This document shows, piece after piece, positions 19,026 to 28,918 of a stretch of 64,000 nt of DNA. Origin of the DNA: Acidimicrobiia bacterium. Lineage in GTDB: Bacteria; Actinomycetota; Acidimicrobiia; Spongiisociales; UBA5794. Position numbers and translations under genes: made by a program. The notes beneath the pieces were generated by a model. The model was not told the origin of the DNA. It searched no databases and was given only the letters and a program-made list of their open reading frames with translations. The stretch is taken from NCBI GenBank assembly GCA_024762335.1, contig JANTHO010000003.1:1115-65114 (forward strand). The letters run 5' to 3'. Every line of letters begins with the position of its first letter. Within the stretch, counting starts at the first letter, position 1.

Positions 19026-20074
19026 TGATCTCCTCCGGCGACACCCGGAAGAGCTCCCTTGAGCCACTCGCCGATCACCGCAGCCCTGGGTAGGTCGGTG
19101 AGTTCTGACATCCGCCAACGTCCATCGTCGACCTTCGGCATCGCAGCGAGGCGCCGCTTCTGCGGATCGGTGAGGTCGATCTCGTCGACGACGACCCCTC
19201 CCCCACCCTGTTCAGAGAAGAAGGGGCGCATCCATCGGTCGTTGATCCCGTAGGTGCCGTATGCCCAGTCGATCAGCTCGCGGCTGTCGCTGAAATGATC
19301 TTCAGAACCCATGACCACGCTGATGATCCGTCTCGGTCCGCGCTCGGTCACTCCGAGGAGGACCTTGTTCGCCCAGGGCGTGTCCCCGGTCTTCAGCCCG
19401 ACGACGCCCGGATACGTGCCGAGCAGGTGGTTGGTGTTGTTGACCTGGCGGGTCTTCCCCGTCGGATCTGCAGGCAATTTGATCGTCTTGATCCTGGCGA
19501 TCTTCTGAATGTCGGGGTAGTCGAGCGACGCCACGACCATTGTCACGAGGTCGTTGGCCGTCGTGTAGTGGTTCTCGTCGTCGAGCCCGTTCGGATTGGC
19601 GAAGCTCGTGTCCGTCATCCCCAGTTCCGCGGCACGGGCGTTCATCTTGTCCACGAACGCCTCGACGCTGCCGTCTCCGGCGTACCAGGCGAGGGTCAAC
19701 GCCGCGTCGTTCCCCGATCGCACGAGCATCGCTACGAGCAGGTCGTAGACCGTCCATTCCTCGCCCGTGACCAATCCCGCGGTCGATCCCCGTGTCGATG
19801 CAGCGAACGCGGGCACGGTCACGACGTCGTCGAGCCCGACCTCGTCGATGACGATCATCGCCGTCATGACTTTGGTCACCGATGCCATCGACCGCGGTTC
19901 GTTGACGTTCCAGGTGGCCAGCATTACATCGGCGGTCTCGTCGTAGACGGCCCATTCGACCGCGCTGACCTTCGGCGGAGCGGGTTGCGGCACGCCCACA
20001 ACCGGAGCCGCCGGAGAGGACACCAGCGGCGCGAGGAGCGCGAGCACGAGTGAGGCAGAGAGTGTTGAAATCAT
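19022..20074 (-). CDS. D-alanyl-D-alanine carboxypeptidase (peptidase S11)
   Basis: Signal peptide; SVTK (SxxK), SGN (SxN), KTG. Confidence 0.92.
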   Translation of the reverse strand: MISTLSASLVLALLAPLVSSPAAPVVGVPQPAPPKVSAVEWAVYDETADVMLATWNVNEPRSMASVTKVMTAMIVIDEVGLDDVVTVPAFAASTRGSTAGLVTGEEWTVYDLLVAMLVRSGNDAALTLAWYAGDGSVEAFVDKMNARAAELGMTDTSFANPNGLDDENHYTTANDLVTMVVASLDYPDIQKIARIKTIKLPADPTGKTRQVNNTNHLLGTYPGVVGLKTGDTPWANKVLLGVTERGPRRIISVVMGSEDHFSDSRELIDWAYGTYGINDRWMRPFFSEQGGGGVVVDEIDLTDPQKRRLAAMPKVDDGRWRMSELTDLPRAAVIGEWLKGALPGVAGGDQ

Positions 20075-20781
20075 CGTTCGAGGAGGTTGCGAAGCCTACC
20101 CCGGGTAATACTTTCTTGAAGCACAGCCGCAGCCTGCGAGCAGTCGGCGAGTGTCTCCGCTGCACGATGCCGGTTCTCCGGATTCCTGTGTCGGAGCAAC
20201 GGCGCAACGAGCTGGCCGAGCAGGTCGGTCTGGCGGTCGGCTGAGAGACGAATCGAACGCAGGTGCCTCACCTCGAGGCCGTGACTGAGCAGGCGATGCG
20301 CGGCCCGGGCGATCGAGAGATCGTGATCGCGGAACACCTCCGTGCCGTCGGGGAGTTTCATCGGGTCGAGGATTCCGACTTCGATCAGGCTCGTCACTTG
20401 ATGCGCGGAGAGCCCGGAAGATCGCATCAGCTCGGCCGGGGTGAGCGACACACCGGACGTTGCGAAGTAGGCCTCCGGCGGTGGGCCCGCATCCGGCGCC
20501 ACCGGAGATTCCTCTCCCTGCTCCCATGCGGCCAGTTTTGACTTGATCACCTTCAGCGGTAGGTAGTGGTCCCGCTGTTCTTTTAGAACGTATTCGATGC
20601 GGCGGACGTCCTCCTCGTTGAAGACCCGGTAGCCGGAGGCGGAGCGACCCGGCTCGATCAAGCCCTGACTCTCCAAGAACCGCAGTTTCGACACCGTGAC
20701 GTCGGGGAATTCGGGTTTCAGCAGGTTGATGACCTCACCGATGCTGCGGGTTCTCGCAGCTCTCAGTTGCGGCGCACTCAT
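20071..20781 (-). CDS. MerR family regulator (Rv1828/FtsR-like)
   Basis: SIGEVINLLKPEFPDVTVSKLRFLE, QRDHYLPLKVIK; follows garA. Confidence 0.9.
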   Translation of the reverse strand: MSAPQLRAARTRSIGEVINLLKPEFPDVTVSKLRFLESQGLIEPGRSASGYRVFNEEDVRRIEYVLKEQRDHYLPLKVIKSKLAAWEQGEESPVAPDAGPPPEAYFATSGVSLTPAELMRSSGLSAHQVTSLIEVGILDPMKLPDGTEVFRDHDLSIARAAHRLLSHGLEVRHLRSIRLSADRQTDLLGQLVAPLLRHRNPENRHRAAETLADCSQAAAVLQESITRGRLRNLLER

Positions 20782-21194
20782 CAGATGCTCCCGCGGGCGA
20801 CGACGAGATGGAACTTGCCGATGATGACCTCGTCGCCGGCCGATAACGCATAGGCATCGGCCCATTCGCCGTTGACGTACGTGCCGTTGGTCGATCCCAG
20901 ATCCTGGATGCGCAACGTCGGGCCATCGACGCTAAACCGGGCGTGGTGACGTGACACGGTCACGTCACCGAGGAAGATGTCGCAGTCGGATCCCCGTCCG
21001 ACGAGCGTGTCCCCGTCTGCAAGAACGTAGGTCAAACCCGCCTGCGGCCCGGTCTCGACGATGAGGGCCCACTTGAACGCTCCTGCCACGGTGCTTCCCG
21101 AGGCGCCACTAGCGGGTTCCTCCTCGGACGGGTTGAACGTGATCGTCGGATCGTGTTCGACATCGGCTGGACTCGGCTCGTCGTATCGTGCCAT
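20781..21194 (-). CDS. garA: FHA domain protein (GarA/OdhI-like)
   Basis: GRGSDCDIFLGDVTVSRHHA, DLGSTNGTYVN, IGKF; lies between gcvH and the FtsR-like gene. Confidence 0.8.
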   Translation of the reverse strand: MARYDEPSPADVEHDPTITFNPSEEEPASGASGSTVAGAFKWALIVETGPQAGLTYVLADGDTLVGRGSDCDIFLGDVTVSRHHARFSVDGPTLRIQDLGSTNGTYVNGEWADAYALSAGDEVIIGKFHLVVARGSI

Positions 21195-21285
21195 GGACAC
21201 ATCCTACCCCAACCCTCGACCGATGCTTGAGGGTTTCGGGAGGTTTCGACTCGAATCTCTGGAATCCGGGCTTTCGAGCGGCCCG

Positions 21286-21669
21286 TCAGTCCTCGATGAG
21301 TGCCGAATACTGCGTCGGATCCATGAGTCCGTCGAGTCCCGAACCTTCGATTGGGGTGATCGTTGCGAACCAGCCGGCGGCGAACGGATCGGTGTTGACG
21401 AGTTCCGGTGTGTCGATGAGGGCCTCGTTTACGGCCGCCACCGTCCCCGAGACCGGCGCGTAGACGTCGTTGACCGATTTGGTCGATTCCACTTCCGCGA
21501 AACTCTGGCCTGCTTCGACCGACTGCCCGACTTCCGGGAGTTCGACGTAGACGACGTCTCCGAGCGCATCCTGCGCGTAGTCGGTGATCCCGACGGTGAT
21601 GCCGCCGTCCTCTTCCCGCCGCGCCCACTCGTGGTTCTCCGTGTACCGAAGGTTCTCCGGAATGCTCAC
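21286..21669 (-). CDS. gcvH: Glycine cleavage system H protein
   Basis: YTENHEW, GITDYAQDALGDVVYV, VESTKSV (lipoyl-Lys). Confidence 0.96.
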   Translation of the reverse strand: MSIPENLRYTENHEWARREEDGGITVGITDYAQDALGDVVYVELPEVGQSVEAGQSFAEVESTKSVNDVYAPVSGTVAAVNEALIDTPELVNTDPFAAGWFATITPIEGSGLDGLMDPTQYSALIED

Positions 21670-21702
21670 TGGTCGTCTCCTGCTCGCTTGCGTCGTCCGA
21701 GT

Positions 21703-22269
21703 CTACTGATCCGAATCCCGGCCGCGCGCTGCGGCGATGGCGGTGCGCATGTCCCCGAGATACGCGAACGCGACGACGTAGTAGGTGATGAGACCGGGGA
21801 TCCCGAAGCCGATCGCCACCCACCAGAGCCAATGGAGGTCACAACCGTCTGCGACATAGAAGATGGTCACGCCGAAGTACAACAGCAGGGTCGCGAGCTT
21901 CCCGAGCCACCGGACGTCGAGACGTTTCACTCCGTGCGTCCAGCCGTAGATGGCCCCGATGCCGATGACTGCCTCACGGATGATGATGCCCCAGCCGAAC
22001 CAGGCGGGAACCACGCCGATGACCAGCCCGAGGACGACCGCTACGGCAACGGCGAGCCGGTCTGCGATCGGGTCGAGCATCTTGCCGACTTCGGTGACCT
22101 GGTCGAGGCGTCGAGCGAGATAGCCATCGATCCAGTCGGTGGCGCCGATGACGCCGAGCAATGCCCCGGCCCACGCCGTCTGGCCGATGAGCGCCAACCA
22201 GATGAACACCGGGATGAGGAGAAGCCGGATGAACGAGACGGTGTTCGGGACGTTGAGAACCTCTTGCAC
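21703..22269 (-). CDS. CDP-alcohol phosphatidyltransferase (PgsA2-like)
   Basis: TDWIDGYLARRLDQVTEVGKMLDPIADR signature. Confidence 0.93.
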   Translation of the reverse strand: MQEVLNVPNTVSFIRLLLIPVFIWLALIGQTAWAGALLGVIGATDWIDGYLARRLDQVTEVGKMLDPIADRLAVAVAVVLGLVIGVVPAWFGWGIIIREAVIGIGAIYGWTHGVKRLDVRWLGKLATLLLYFGVTIFYVADGCDLHWLWWVAIGFGIPGLITYYVVAFAYLGDMRTAIAAARGRDSDQ

Positions 22270-22271
22270 GG

Positions 22272-22679
22272 CTACGACACCATGACGACACGGAACTTGA
22301 TCCGGGCGATCTCGTCGTCTTCGAACGTCACGATGAACGCGTAGCCCTTCGCTTCCGTGAACTGAATGTTGTAAAACGGGCTGACGATCGGCACGATGCT
22401 GGTCGCCCCCGGCGGCAGATTCGGCGGAGCACCAACACGAAGCTTTCCACGAGCTTCGATGTCGAGGCTCCGGCCGTCCTCATCGAGGAGCTGGATGAGA
22501 ATCTCCAGATCGCGGTGCCGCTCGTCGGGTTCGATCTCTGCGACCATCGCCAGAGTCAGGTTCCGGTGAACGACGGGGAGGGAGCGAGCGCTGATCGTGT
22601 CGAACCCGCCTCCGAGGACGAAGAGCTTCCCTCCTTGCACCTGCGCCGCGTCGGCCAGCATCGCTGTGGTGAGTCTCAT
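22272..22679 (-). CDS. Hypothetical beta-sandwich protein (DUF6941-like)
   Basis: MLADAAQVQGGKLFVLGGGFD; GGAG RBS; coding-like codon usage. Confidence 0.75.
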   Translation of the reverse strand: MRLTTAMLADAAQVQGGKLFVLGGGFDTISARSLPVVHRNLTLAMVAEIEPDERHRDLEILIQLLDEDGRSLDIEARGKLRVGAPPNLPPGATSIVPIVSPFYNIQFTEAKGYAFIVTFEDDEIARIKFRVVMVS

Positions 22680-22880
22680 TTTCGCTCCTCTGTTCGGACG
22701 TCGCGGGGTGATCGCCACCGATACCCCATACATGGTCACGATACCGTTGGGCATCCGACAGCGGGTGCATCCAGCCGAATGGGGCAATGAGTCGATTGGA
22801 CCATGGTCGGGCACGGTGCGTTGTCGTAGCCTGCTATCGGGCGTCGGAGCAGAAGAAGGCGGAACAACCGGAGATGTCCC

Positions 22881-23114
22881 GTGTCCTTCGACCCAACCCA
22901 ATCGTCCTCGTCGACCGGAGTTGACGACCTCGACGAGGACCCACTCAACCCGGATTGCGACTCAGATACGTTCAGCCCATCCCGCTATGAACGGAACTCC
23001 GGCAGCCTTCCGCATCTCGCTGCCGACCCGGAGTGGATCCCACCCGGAACGGAGTTCGTCGCGACGATCGTCGAGGACGAACCGCAGAGTTGGTTTCGGC
23101 GGCTGTGGACCTGA
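22881..23114 (+). CDS. Possible small acidic hypothetical protein
   Basis: GGAG before a GTG start, fills the intergenic gap, ends SWFRRLWT; no recognised family. Confidence 0.4.
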   Translation: MSFDPTQSSSSTGVDDLDEDPLNPDCDSDTFSPSRYERNSGSLPHLAADPEWIPPGTEFVATIVEDEPQSWFRRLWT

Positions 23115-23193
23115 CCGGACCGCCGGACGGGTGCCCCTAGCGCACTACGGCTCGGCTGCTCAGGGTGGTCGGTGACCGGGTAATCTGATCGCT

Positions 23194-24747
23194 GTGAGCT
23201 CTCAGACTTTCGTCCTTGCAATCGATCTCGGCACATCCGGACCCAAGGCCGCACTCGTTTCGGCCGACGGCGAGATCGTCGGAAAGTCGGCCGAAACCGT
23301 TGATCTACTGCTCGACGGCAGCGGCGGTGCCGAACAGGACCCCGGCGCCTGGTGGAGGGCGATCGTCAGCGCGGTCCGCTCATCGCTCGGCGCCGCAGGC
23401 AGTGTCGATGTGGCCGCCGTCTCAGTCACGTCGCAATGGTCGGGCACGGTCCCGATCGATGCCGCCGGTGCACCGATCGGGAACGCCATCATCTGGATGG
23501 ACTCGCGCGGAGCCCCGTATCTGGGCGACATTCTGGCGGCCGGCCCCGTCCGCGTGGAGGGGTTCGGGCCGATGCGAGTACGCCGGTGGGTGTCTCTGAC
23601 GGGCGGTGCACCGTCCGGCGCCGGGAAGGACCCCATCGCTCACATCCTCTATCTCCGCAACGAGCAGCCCGACGTGTATGAAGCTGCCGCCATGTTCCTG
23701 GAGCCGAAGGACTACCTCAATCTGCGGTTGACCGGTCGGACTGTGGCGTCGTACGACTCGATCGCGCTCCACTGGATCACCGACAATCGCGATCCCGACG
23801 CGGTCGACTACGACGACATGCTGCTCCACTATGTGGGACTGCGTCGCGACCAATTGCCTCCGCTCGTTCATGCAACCGACGTGATCGGTGGGTTGACCGC
23901 TGCCGCGGCAGAGGAACTGGGTTTGCCGGCCGGAACACCCGTCGTCGCTGGGACTCCAGACGTCTCGTCGGCCGCGATCGGTGCCGGAACGGTCCACGAC
24001 TTCGGAGCACATCTCTACATCGGAACCTCGTCGTGGCTGACGTGCCATGTCCCGTACAAGAAGACGGATCTGCTCCACTCGATCGCTTCGCTGCCCGCTG
24101 CTGTGCCGGGACGCTGGTTCGTGGCAAACGAGCAGGAGACCGCAGGAAAGGCGCTCGACTGGTTCTCCACCGTGCTGTTCCCAGGTCGCAGAGGCGACCA
24201 AACCGTCTACGACGATATGAACGCCCTGGCCGCAGGCGTGCCGGCAGGATCCAACGGCGTCATCTTCACCCCGTGGCTGTACGGTGAACGCACGCCCATC
24301 GAAGATGCGGCTTTGCGGGGAGGGTTCTTCAACCAGTCCCTCGACACCGGCCGCGACGAGATGGTCCGTGCCGTCTTCGAAGGTGTCGCCTACAACACAC
24401 GGTGGTTGCTCGAGACGGTCGAGCGGTTCACGAAGCGTCGCCTGGATCCCATCGCGATGGTGGGTGGTGGTGCCCGTTCAGAACTCTGGGCGCAGATCCA
24501 TGCCGATGTGCTCGATCGCACGATCCTCCAGCGCGACGAGCCCCTCTGGGTGAACATTCGTGGTGCAGGGATGCTCGCTCACGCCGCACTGGGCCATGTT
24601 GCGTGGAGCGATGTCGATGCGTCTGCGCCGACCGCCTCGACCCGCATCCCGAACCCGGCGCATCGGGCCGTCTACGACGACGGATACGCGACGTTCCGGA
24701 GTTTCCACAAGGCCAACCGCGGCATCTACCGTCGCCTCAACACGTAA
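23194..24747 (+). CDS. FGGY-family carbohydrate kinase (xylulokinase-like)
   Basis: AIDLGTSGPKAA, EQDPGAWW, IIWMDSR, IGTSSW, GERTP, VFEGVA, VGGGARS. Confidence 0.92.
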   Translation: MSSQTFVLAIDLGTSGPKAALVSADGEIVGKSAETVDLLLDGSGGAEQDPGAWWRAIVSAVRSSLGAAGSVDVAAVSVTSQWSGTVPIDAAGAPIGNAIIWMDSRGAPYLGDILAAGPVRVEGFGPMRVRRWVSLTGGAPSGAGKDPIAHILYLRNEQPDVYEAAAMFLEPKDYLNLRLTGRTVASYDSIALHWITDNRDPDAVDYDDMLLHYVGLRRDQLPPLVHATDVIGGLTAAAAEELGLPAGTPVVAGTPDVSSAAIGAGTVHDFGAHLYIGTSSWLTCHVPYKKTDLLHSIASLPAAVPGRWFVANEQETAGKALDWFSTVLFPGRRGDQTVYDDMNALAAGVPAGSNGVIFTPWLYGERTPIEDAALRGGFFNQSLDTGRDEMVRAVFEGVAYNTRWLLETVERFTKRRLDPIAMVGGGARSELWAQIHADVLDRTILQRDEPLWVNIRGAGMLAHAALGHVAWSDVDASAPTASTRIPNPAHRAVYDDGYATFRSFHKANRGIYRRLNT

Positions 24748-24756
24748 GGACGAACC

Positions 24757-26265
24757 ATGAGTGCCACCGACCGCGCCAAGAAGCTCATCGATCGCCTTCC
24801 GCCGCGCCTTGCGTCAAGTCTCATCGGCGGAGCGCAGCGCGTGCCGAAGCTGCGCGACATGTTCGAGGCAGAGTTTGAGACTCTCCTCGACTCCGCCCCG
24901 GTCGTCCGACCCGATGTCGATGTTCCGGTGTACGAACGACTTCCCGAGGTCGGCCGCGATCAGGCCAACATTCTCGACGACGTCCGGCGATTGGCTGAGG
25001 CCGAACACGGCGATTGGAGCGACGGCTACGCATCCGGTGCGGTCTACAACGGCGACGAGGATCACATTGCATTCCTCAACGAGGTCTACGCGCTCCAGTC
25101 GCAATCGAATCCGCTGCACCTGGATGTCTGGCCATCCGGTATGAAGTTCGAATCCGAGATCGTGTCGATGACCGCAGGGATGCTCGGTGCCCGCGTCGCC
25201 GCACAGTCCGGCGACGAGATCGTCGGGACGGTCACATCCGGAGGGACCGAATCGATCATCATGGCGATGAAGGCGTACCGTGATCGTGCGGGGATCAAAC
25301 GGCCCCAGATGGTGATCCCGGATTCGGCCCATGTCGCCTTCGACAAGGCGGCGGCCTACTTCGGCTACGACCAGGTCAGAGTTCCGGTCGGCGACGACTA
25401 CCGGGCCGATGTCCGTGCGATGGCACGAGCGATGACGAGGAGAACGGTCGTCGTCGTCGGCTCGGCTCCCGGGTTCCCCCACGGTGTCATCGACCCGATC
25501 CCCGAACTGTCCGATATGGCACGGGAACGCAGCGTCGGGTTCCACACCGATGCGTGTCTGGGAGGCTTCGTCCTCCCCTGGGCGGAACGCCTCGGCTACG
25601 ACGTGCCACCGTTCGATTTCCGACTCCCCGGGGTCACCTCCATGTCCGCCGATACACACAAGTACGGGTACGCAGCGAAGGGCACGTCCGTGGTTCTCTA
25701 CCGCGGGAGGGATCTCCGACGCCACCAGTTTTACGTCGCCACCGAATGGCCGGGGGGTCTCTACTACTCCCCCACGCTCGCCGGAAGCAGGCCGGGGGGC
25801 CTCCTGGCCGCGGCGTGGGCCGCCCTGGTCTCGATGGGTGAGGACGGGTATCTGGAAGCAACGGCGTCGATCCTCGAGACCGGTTCCCAGATCAAGGCGG
25901 GCATCGCGGAGATCGACGGTCTTCGTGTTCTCGGTGATCCCCTCTGGGTCATCGCGTTCGCCTCGGACGAGGTCGATATCTACGAGGTGATGGCCAGGAT
26001 GGCCGAGCGGGGATGGAGTCTGAACGGCCTCCACCACCCGCCCGCCGTGCATCTCGCCGTCACGCTGCGCCACACCTTGCCGGGTGTCGCCGACCGTTTC
26101 CTCGACGACCTCGAAGATTCGGTCGCTGAGGCAGGGGAATCCGGTGGTGCTGCGACGACCGGGGCCGCCCCGATGTACGGCATGGCGGCAACGTTCCCGT
26201 CGCGTGCTGCAGTGGGTGAACTCATGGCCCGCTACATCGACCGCATTTACGAGATCGACGACTGA
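24757..26265 (+). CDS. PLP-dependent sphingosine-1-phosphate lyase-like aldolase/decarboxylase
   Basis: [30 protein letters not shown] (PLP Lys), GSRPG; 9-nt gap after the kinase. Confidence 0.88.
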   Translation: MSATDRAKKLIDRLPPRLASSLIGGAQRVPKLRDMFEAEFETLLDSAPVVRPDVDVPVYERLPEVGRDQANILDDVRRLAEAEHGDWSDGYASGAVYNGDEDHIAFLNEVYALQSQSNPLHLDVWPSGMKFESEIVSMTAGMLGARVAAQSGDEIVGTVTSGGTESIIMAMKAYRDRAGIKRPQMVIPDSAHVAFDKAAAYFGYDQVRVPVGDDYRADVRAMARAMTRRTVVVVGSAPGFPHGVIDPIPELSDMARERSVGFHTDACLGGFVLPWAERLGYDVPPFDFRLPGVTSMSADTHKYGYAAKGTSVVLYRGRDLRRHQFYVATEWPGGLYYSPTLAGSRPGGLLAAAWAALVSMGEDGYLEATASILETGSQIKAGIAEIDGLRVLGDPLWVIAFASDEVDIYEVMARMAERGWSLNGLHHPPAVHLAVTLRHTLPGVADRFLDDLEDSVAEAGESGGAATTGAAPMYGMAATFPSRAAVGELMARYIDRIYEIDD

Positions 26266-26275
26266 CCGCCACCTC

Positions 26276-27055
26276 TCAGGGGGAGAACAGTTCGAGGACC
26301 TCATCGTGAAGCAGGCCGTTCGTGGAGAGGCTGCTGCCGGTTGAGAAGTCAGGCCGGCCGTCGAGATCCGTGTATCGACCGCCTGCTTCCTCGACGATGA
26401 TCTGGACGGCAGCCATGTCCCACGGATTCACACTTGCTTCGATCGCGACGTCGACGGCCCCTTCGGCGACGAGCATGTGTTGCCAGAAGTCCCCGAAACC
26501 GCGCACCCTCCAGGACTGGTCGGCGAGTTTCGTGATCCCCTCCAACCATCCCCGCCGTGCGAACTCTGAGGTCTCGTTGAACGAGATCTGTGCGTCCTCG
26601 ATCCTCGCCACCGCCGATACGGCGAGCGGTTCGCCATCTCCCCATGCGCCCAGGCCCGAGGCGGCCCACCATCGGCGATGGAGCGACGGGGCAGAGACGA
26701 CGCCCACGACGGGGCGGCCTTCGTACACGAGAGCGATCAGCGTGCCCCACACGGGGATCCCCCGCATGTAGTTCATCGTGCCGTCGATCGGGTCGAGCAC
26801 CCACTGCCACGCTCCCCCGCCGGAGGCGCCGAACTCCTCTCCGAGGATTGAATGCTCCGGACGCTCCTGTTCGAGAAGGGCCACCAGTGCCCGCTCTGCG
26901 GCCCGATCGGCATCTGTCACCGGAGTCCGGTCCGGTTTCGTGTCGATGACCAGGTCCGAAGCCCGGAAGCGCGGCACCGTGATCGCATCGGCGGCATCTG
27001 CAAGCCCAAGCGCAAATGAGAGTTCCTCGGCGAGGTCGTGGGCGGTGTGCGTCAT
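26276..27055 (-). CDS. hisN: Histidinol-phosphatase (inositol monophosphatase family)
   Basis: KPDRTPVTDAD, GEEFG, WVLDPIDGT, RGFGDFW, WDMAA. Confidence 0.88.
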   Translation of the reverse strand: MTHTAHDLAEELSFALGLADAADAITVPRFRASDLVIDTKPDRTPVTDADRAAERALVALLEQERPEHSILGEEFGASGGGAWQWVLDPIDGTMNYMRGIPVWGTLIALVYEGRPVVGVVSAPSLHRRWWAASGLGAWGDGEPLAVSAVARIEDAQISFNETSEFARRGWLEGITKLADQSWRVRGFGDFWQHMLVAEGAVDVAIEASVNPWDMAAVQIIVEEAGGRYTDLDGRPDFSTGSSLSTNGLLHDEVLELFSP

Positions 27056-27095
27056 GGGTCTTCTCCGTCGATGCGCTATCGGAGAGTAGCGAGGT

Positions 27096-27428
27096 TCACT
27101 CCGGTCTCCCCCAGAGGCGGGACTCGTTCATCCCCGGGTCTCCTTCGGCTTCGAGTTTCCGCACGGTCTCCTTGAACTCCTCAAGCTCATCGTTGAGACG
27201 GTACCGGTCCGACAGTGAAACGGCCCATGCCTCCACGGCCGCCCCTGCATCGTCGGCCGAAGGATGGACGGCCGGGATCGCGCCGACGGTAATCATCGGA
27301 GCGGACGACCGGTAGATGACGGCTCCGAACGCATCCCCATCGCGTGTGAGCGTCCACTCGACGTACGCTGGTTTGCGAGTCCACGGTGCTCTCATCCGGA
27401 CCCGGCCTCCTTTTCCGACCGCTGCCAT
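27096..27428 (-). CDS. Hypothetical protein
   Basis: Fills the gap upstream of hisN with coding-like composition; no family recognised; start uncertain. Confidence 0.5.
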   Translation of the reverse strand: MAAVGKGGRVRMRAPWTRKPAYVEWTLTRDGDAFGAVIYRSSAPMITVGAIPAVHPSADDAGAAVEAWAVSLSDRYRLNDELEEFKETVRKLEAEGDPGMNESRLWGRPE

Positions 27429-27535
27429 GTCGACGCTAGTCGAATCATTGTGCGGTCACGAGGCCGATCATCACCCGCAAGGCCGTCGCCTGAAACCCGA
27501 TCGGAGCTTCGTCTGCTCATGAAGGTCTGTGCAGT

Positions 27536-27907
27536 CTACGGATCCACCACCCACGCATTCCTGCCCAAGACGAACACGCTCATCCCCAGCAGCCAACTCC
27601 ACACCAGGAAGTACGTGAGTGACCGACCCGATCCCGGGTGCCGACCCCGAACCGCGGCGCCTGTCCTCCACGCCCCCACGGCTCCTGCGATCAATATGAC
27701 GCCCGCCATGGTGACCACACCCGGCGTCGCCCACTCGACGTGCCCATCCGATCCGGTCGGGACGAAGCCAAGCATCCAAAGCACCGTGTAGACGGCGAAC
27801 AGCAACATCACGGCATCAACCGCGCCGATCACCGCCACAGCCCAGCGTGCCGCCGCTCGGCTGCAATCCCTTGATTTCCGCGCAGCTGTCTGAATACCCG
27901 TCAGCAT
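27536..27907 (-). CDS. Hypothetical membrane protein (about 3 TM helices)
   Basis: Three hydrophobic stretches; no family recognised. Confidence 0.5.
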   Translation of the reverse strand: MLTGIQTAARKSRDCSRAAARWAVAVIGAVDAVMLLFAVYTVLWMLGFVPTGSDGHVEWATPGVVTMAGVILIAGAVGAWRTGAAVRGRHPGSGRSLTYFLVWSWLLGMSVFVLGRNAWVVDP

Positions 27908-28049
27908 CGGTTCAACCTACCGGAAGAAGCACGGTGTGGTCGAATCTGCAGACCGTCCGATCCCGTCGCAGTCCCTTGCGCAATCACCCCAGATCTCTGG
28001 CCACCGTTCAACGGCGCTGGTAGGACTGCGTGACGATGGACATCTACTC

Positions 28050-28098
28050 GTCGGACTGGCCGGGTTTGAACCGGAGATATCTTCCCTCCCAGACAGCG
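28050..28098 (-). repeat. Degenerate copy of the tRNA-Pro 3' half (att-like site)
   Basis: 28050-28083 matches 28918-28951 at 29/34 positions, with weaker similarity on to about 28098. Confidence 0.8.
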
Positions 28099-28305
28099 CC
28101 AGACGAGTGGGACCCCATGCGGTACAAGACTTTGCTACACCGGCTTGCGATGCACGGCAAGGGCCGCAGAGAGCCATACACTCCCGACCGATCCGGGATC
28201 GCCCTCGAGCCAACGCGCCCGAGACAAGCCACTTGACGCAAAGAGGCTTCGATATGAACGGCTTGCTACGCTCCGCACTCGCGCAAAGACGACAGGAGGT
28301 TGCTC

Positions 28306-28674
28306 GTGGCTACAGAGCCGCAGAAGAAGCCACGGATCTACTCCATGAGTTTCGCCAGCGTCTATCCCCTCTATGTGAAGAAGGTTGAGAAGAAGGGACG
28401 CACGCAAGCTGAACTTGACGAGGTCATCCTCTGGCTCACCGGCTACACCCAGCAAGAGTTCCAATCGCAACTCTCCAAGGAGACGGACTTCGAGACCTTC
28501 TACTCGGAAGCGCCGAACCCGAACCCGAACCGCATGCTCATCACCGGCGTCACGTGCGGAGTGCGAGTCGAAGATGTCGAGGAGCCGACCATGCGAGAGA
28601 TCCGCTACCTCGACAAGCTCGTGGACGAGCTCGCCGGGGGGAAGGACATGGACACAATCCTTCGAAGCGCATAG
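28306..28674 (+). CDS. DUF2200 family protein
   Basis: [37 protein letters not shown]; AGGAGG RBS. Confidence 0.93.
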   Translation: MATEPQKKPRIYSMSFASVYPLYVKKVEKKGRTQAELDEVILWLTGYTQQEFQSQLSKETDFETFYSEAPNPNPNRMLITGVTCGVRVEDVEEPTMREIRYLDKLVDELAGGKDMDTILRSA

Positions 28675-28888
28675 CGCTGTGTCCCGTTACATGTCCAGGT
28701 GGGAGCGATGACGGTGGCCGGTGTTGTACACAGCGGTTGGGCCGTGGGACACCGGTTGAGCCGATAGATCCAGCTCGGTGGATCTCATTCCGCCGTCATC
28801 CGTGCTCAGGGCCGAGAGCGACACGACAGCCCAGAAAGCGTCCAAGAAGAACGTCCATCGAAGTCTTCAGCGTGGACCACAAATGAAA

Positions 28889-28915
28889 AGAACTCCTGCA
28901 TTGCAAGGGTTCTCT
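28889..28915. terminator. Imperfect hairpin just 3' of tRNA-Pro
   Basis: agaactcctgca...ttgcaagggttct inverted repeat next to an A-run (a U-tract on the tRNA strand). Confidence 0.45.
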
Positions 28916-28918
28916 CCG

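Noticed and set aside
28030-28236. 68-aa ORF crossing the tRNA-like fragment
   Set aside because: It reads through the att-like repeat and has no protein-like features, so it is likely spurious.
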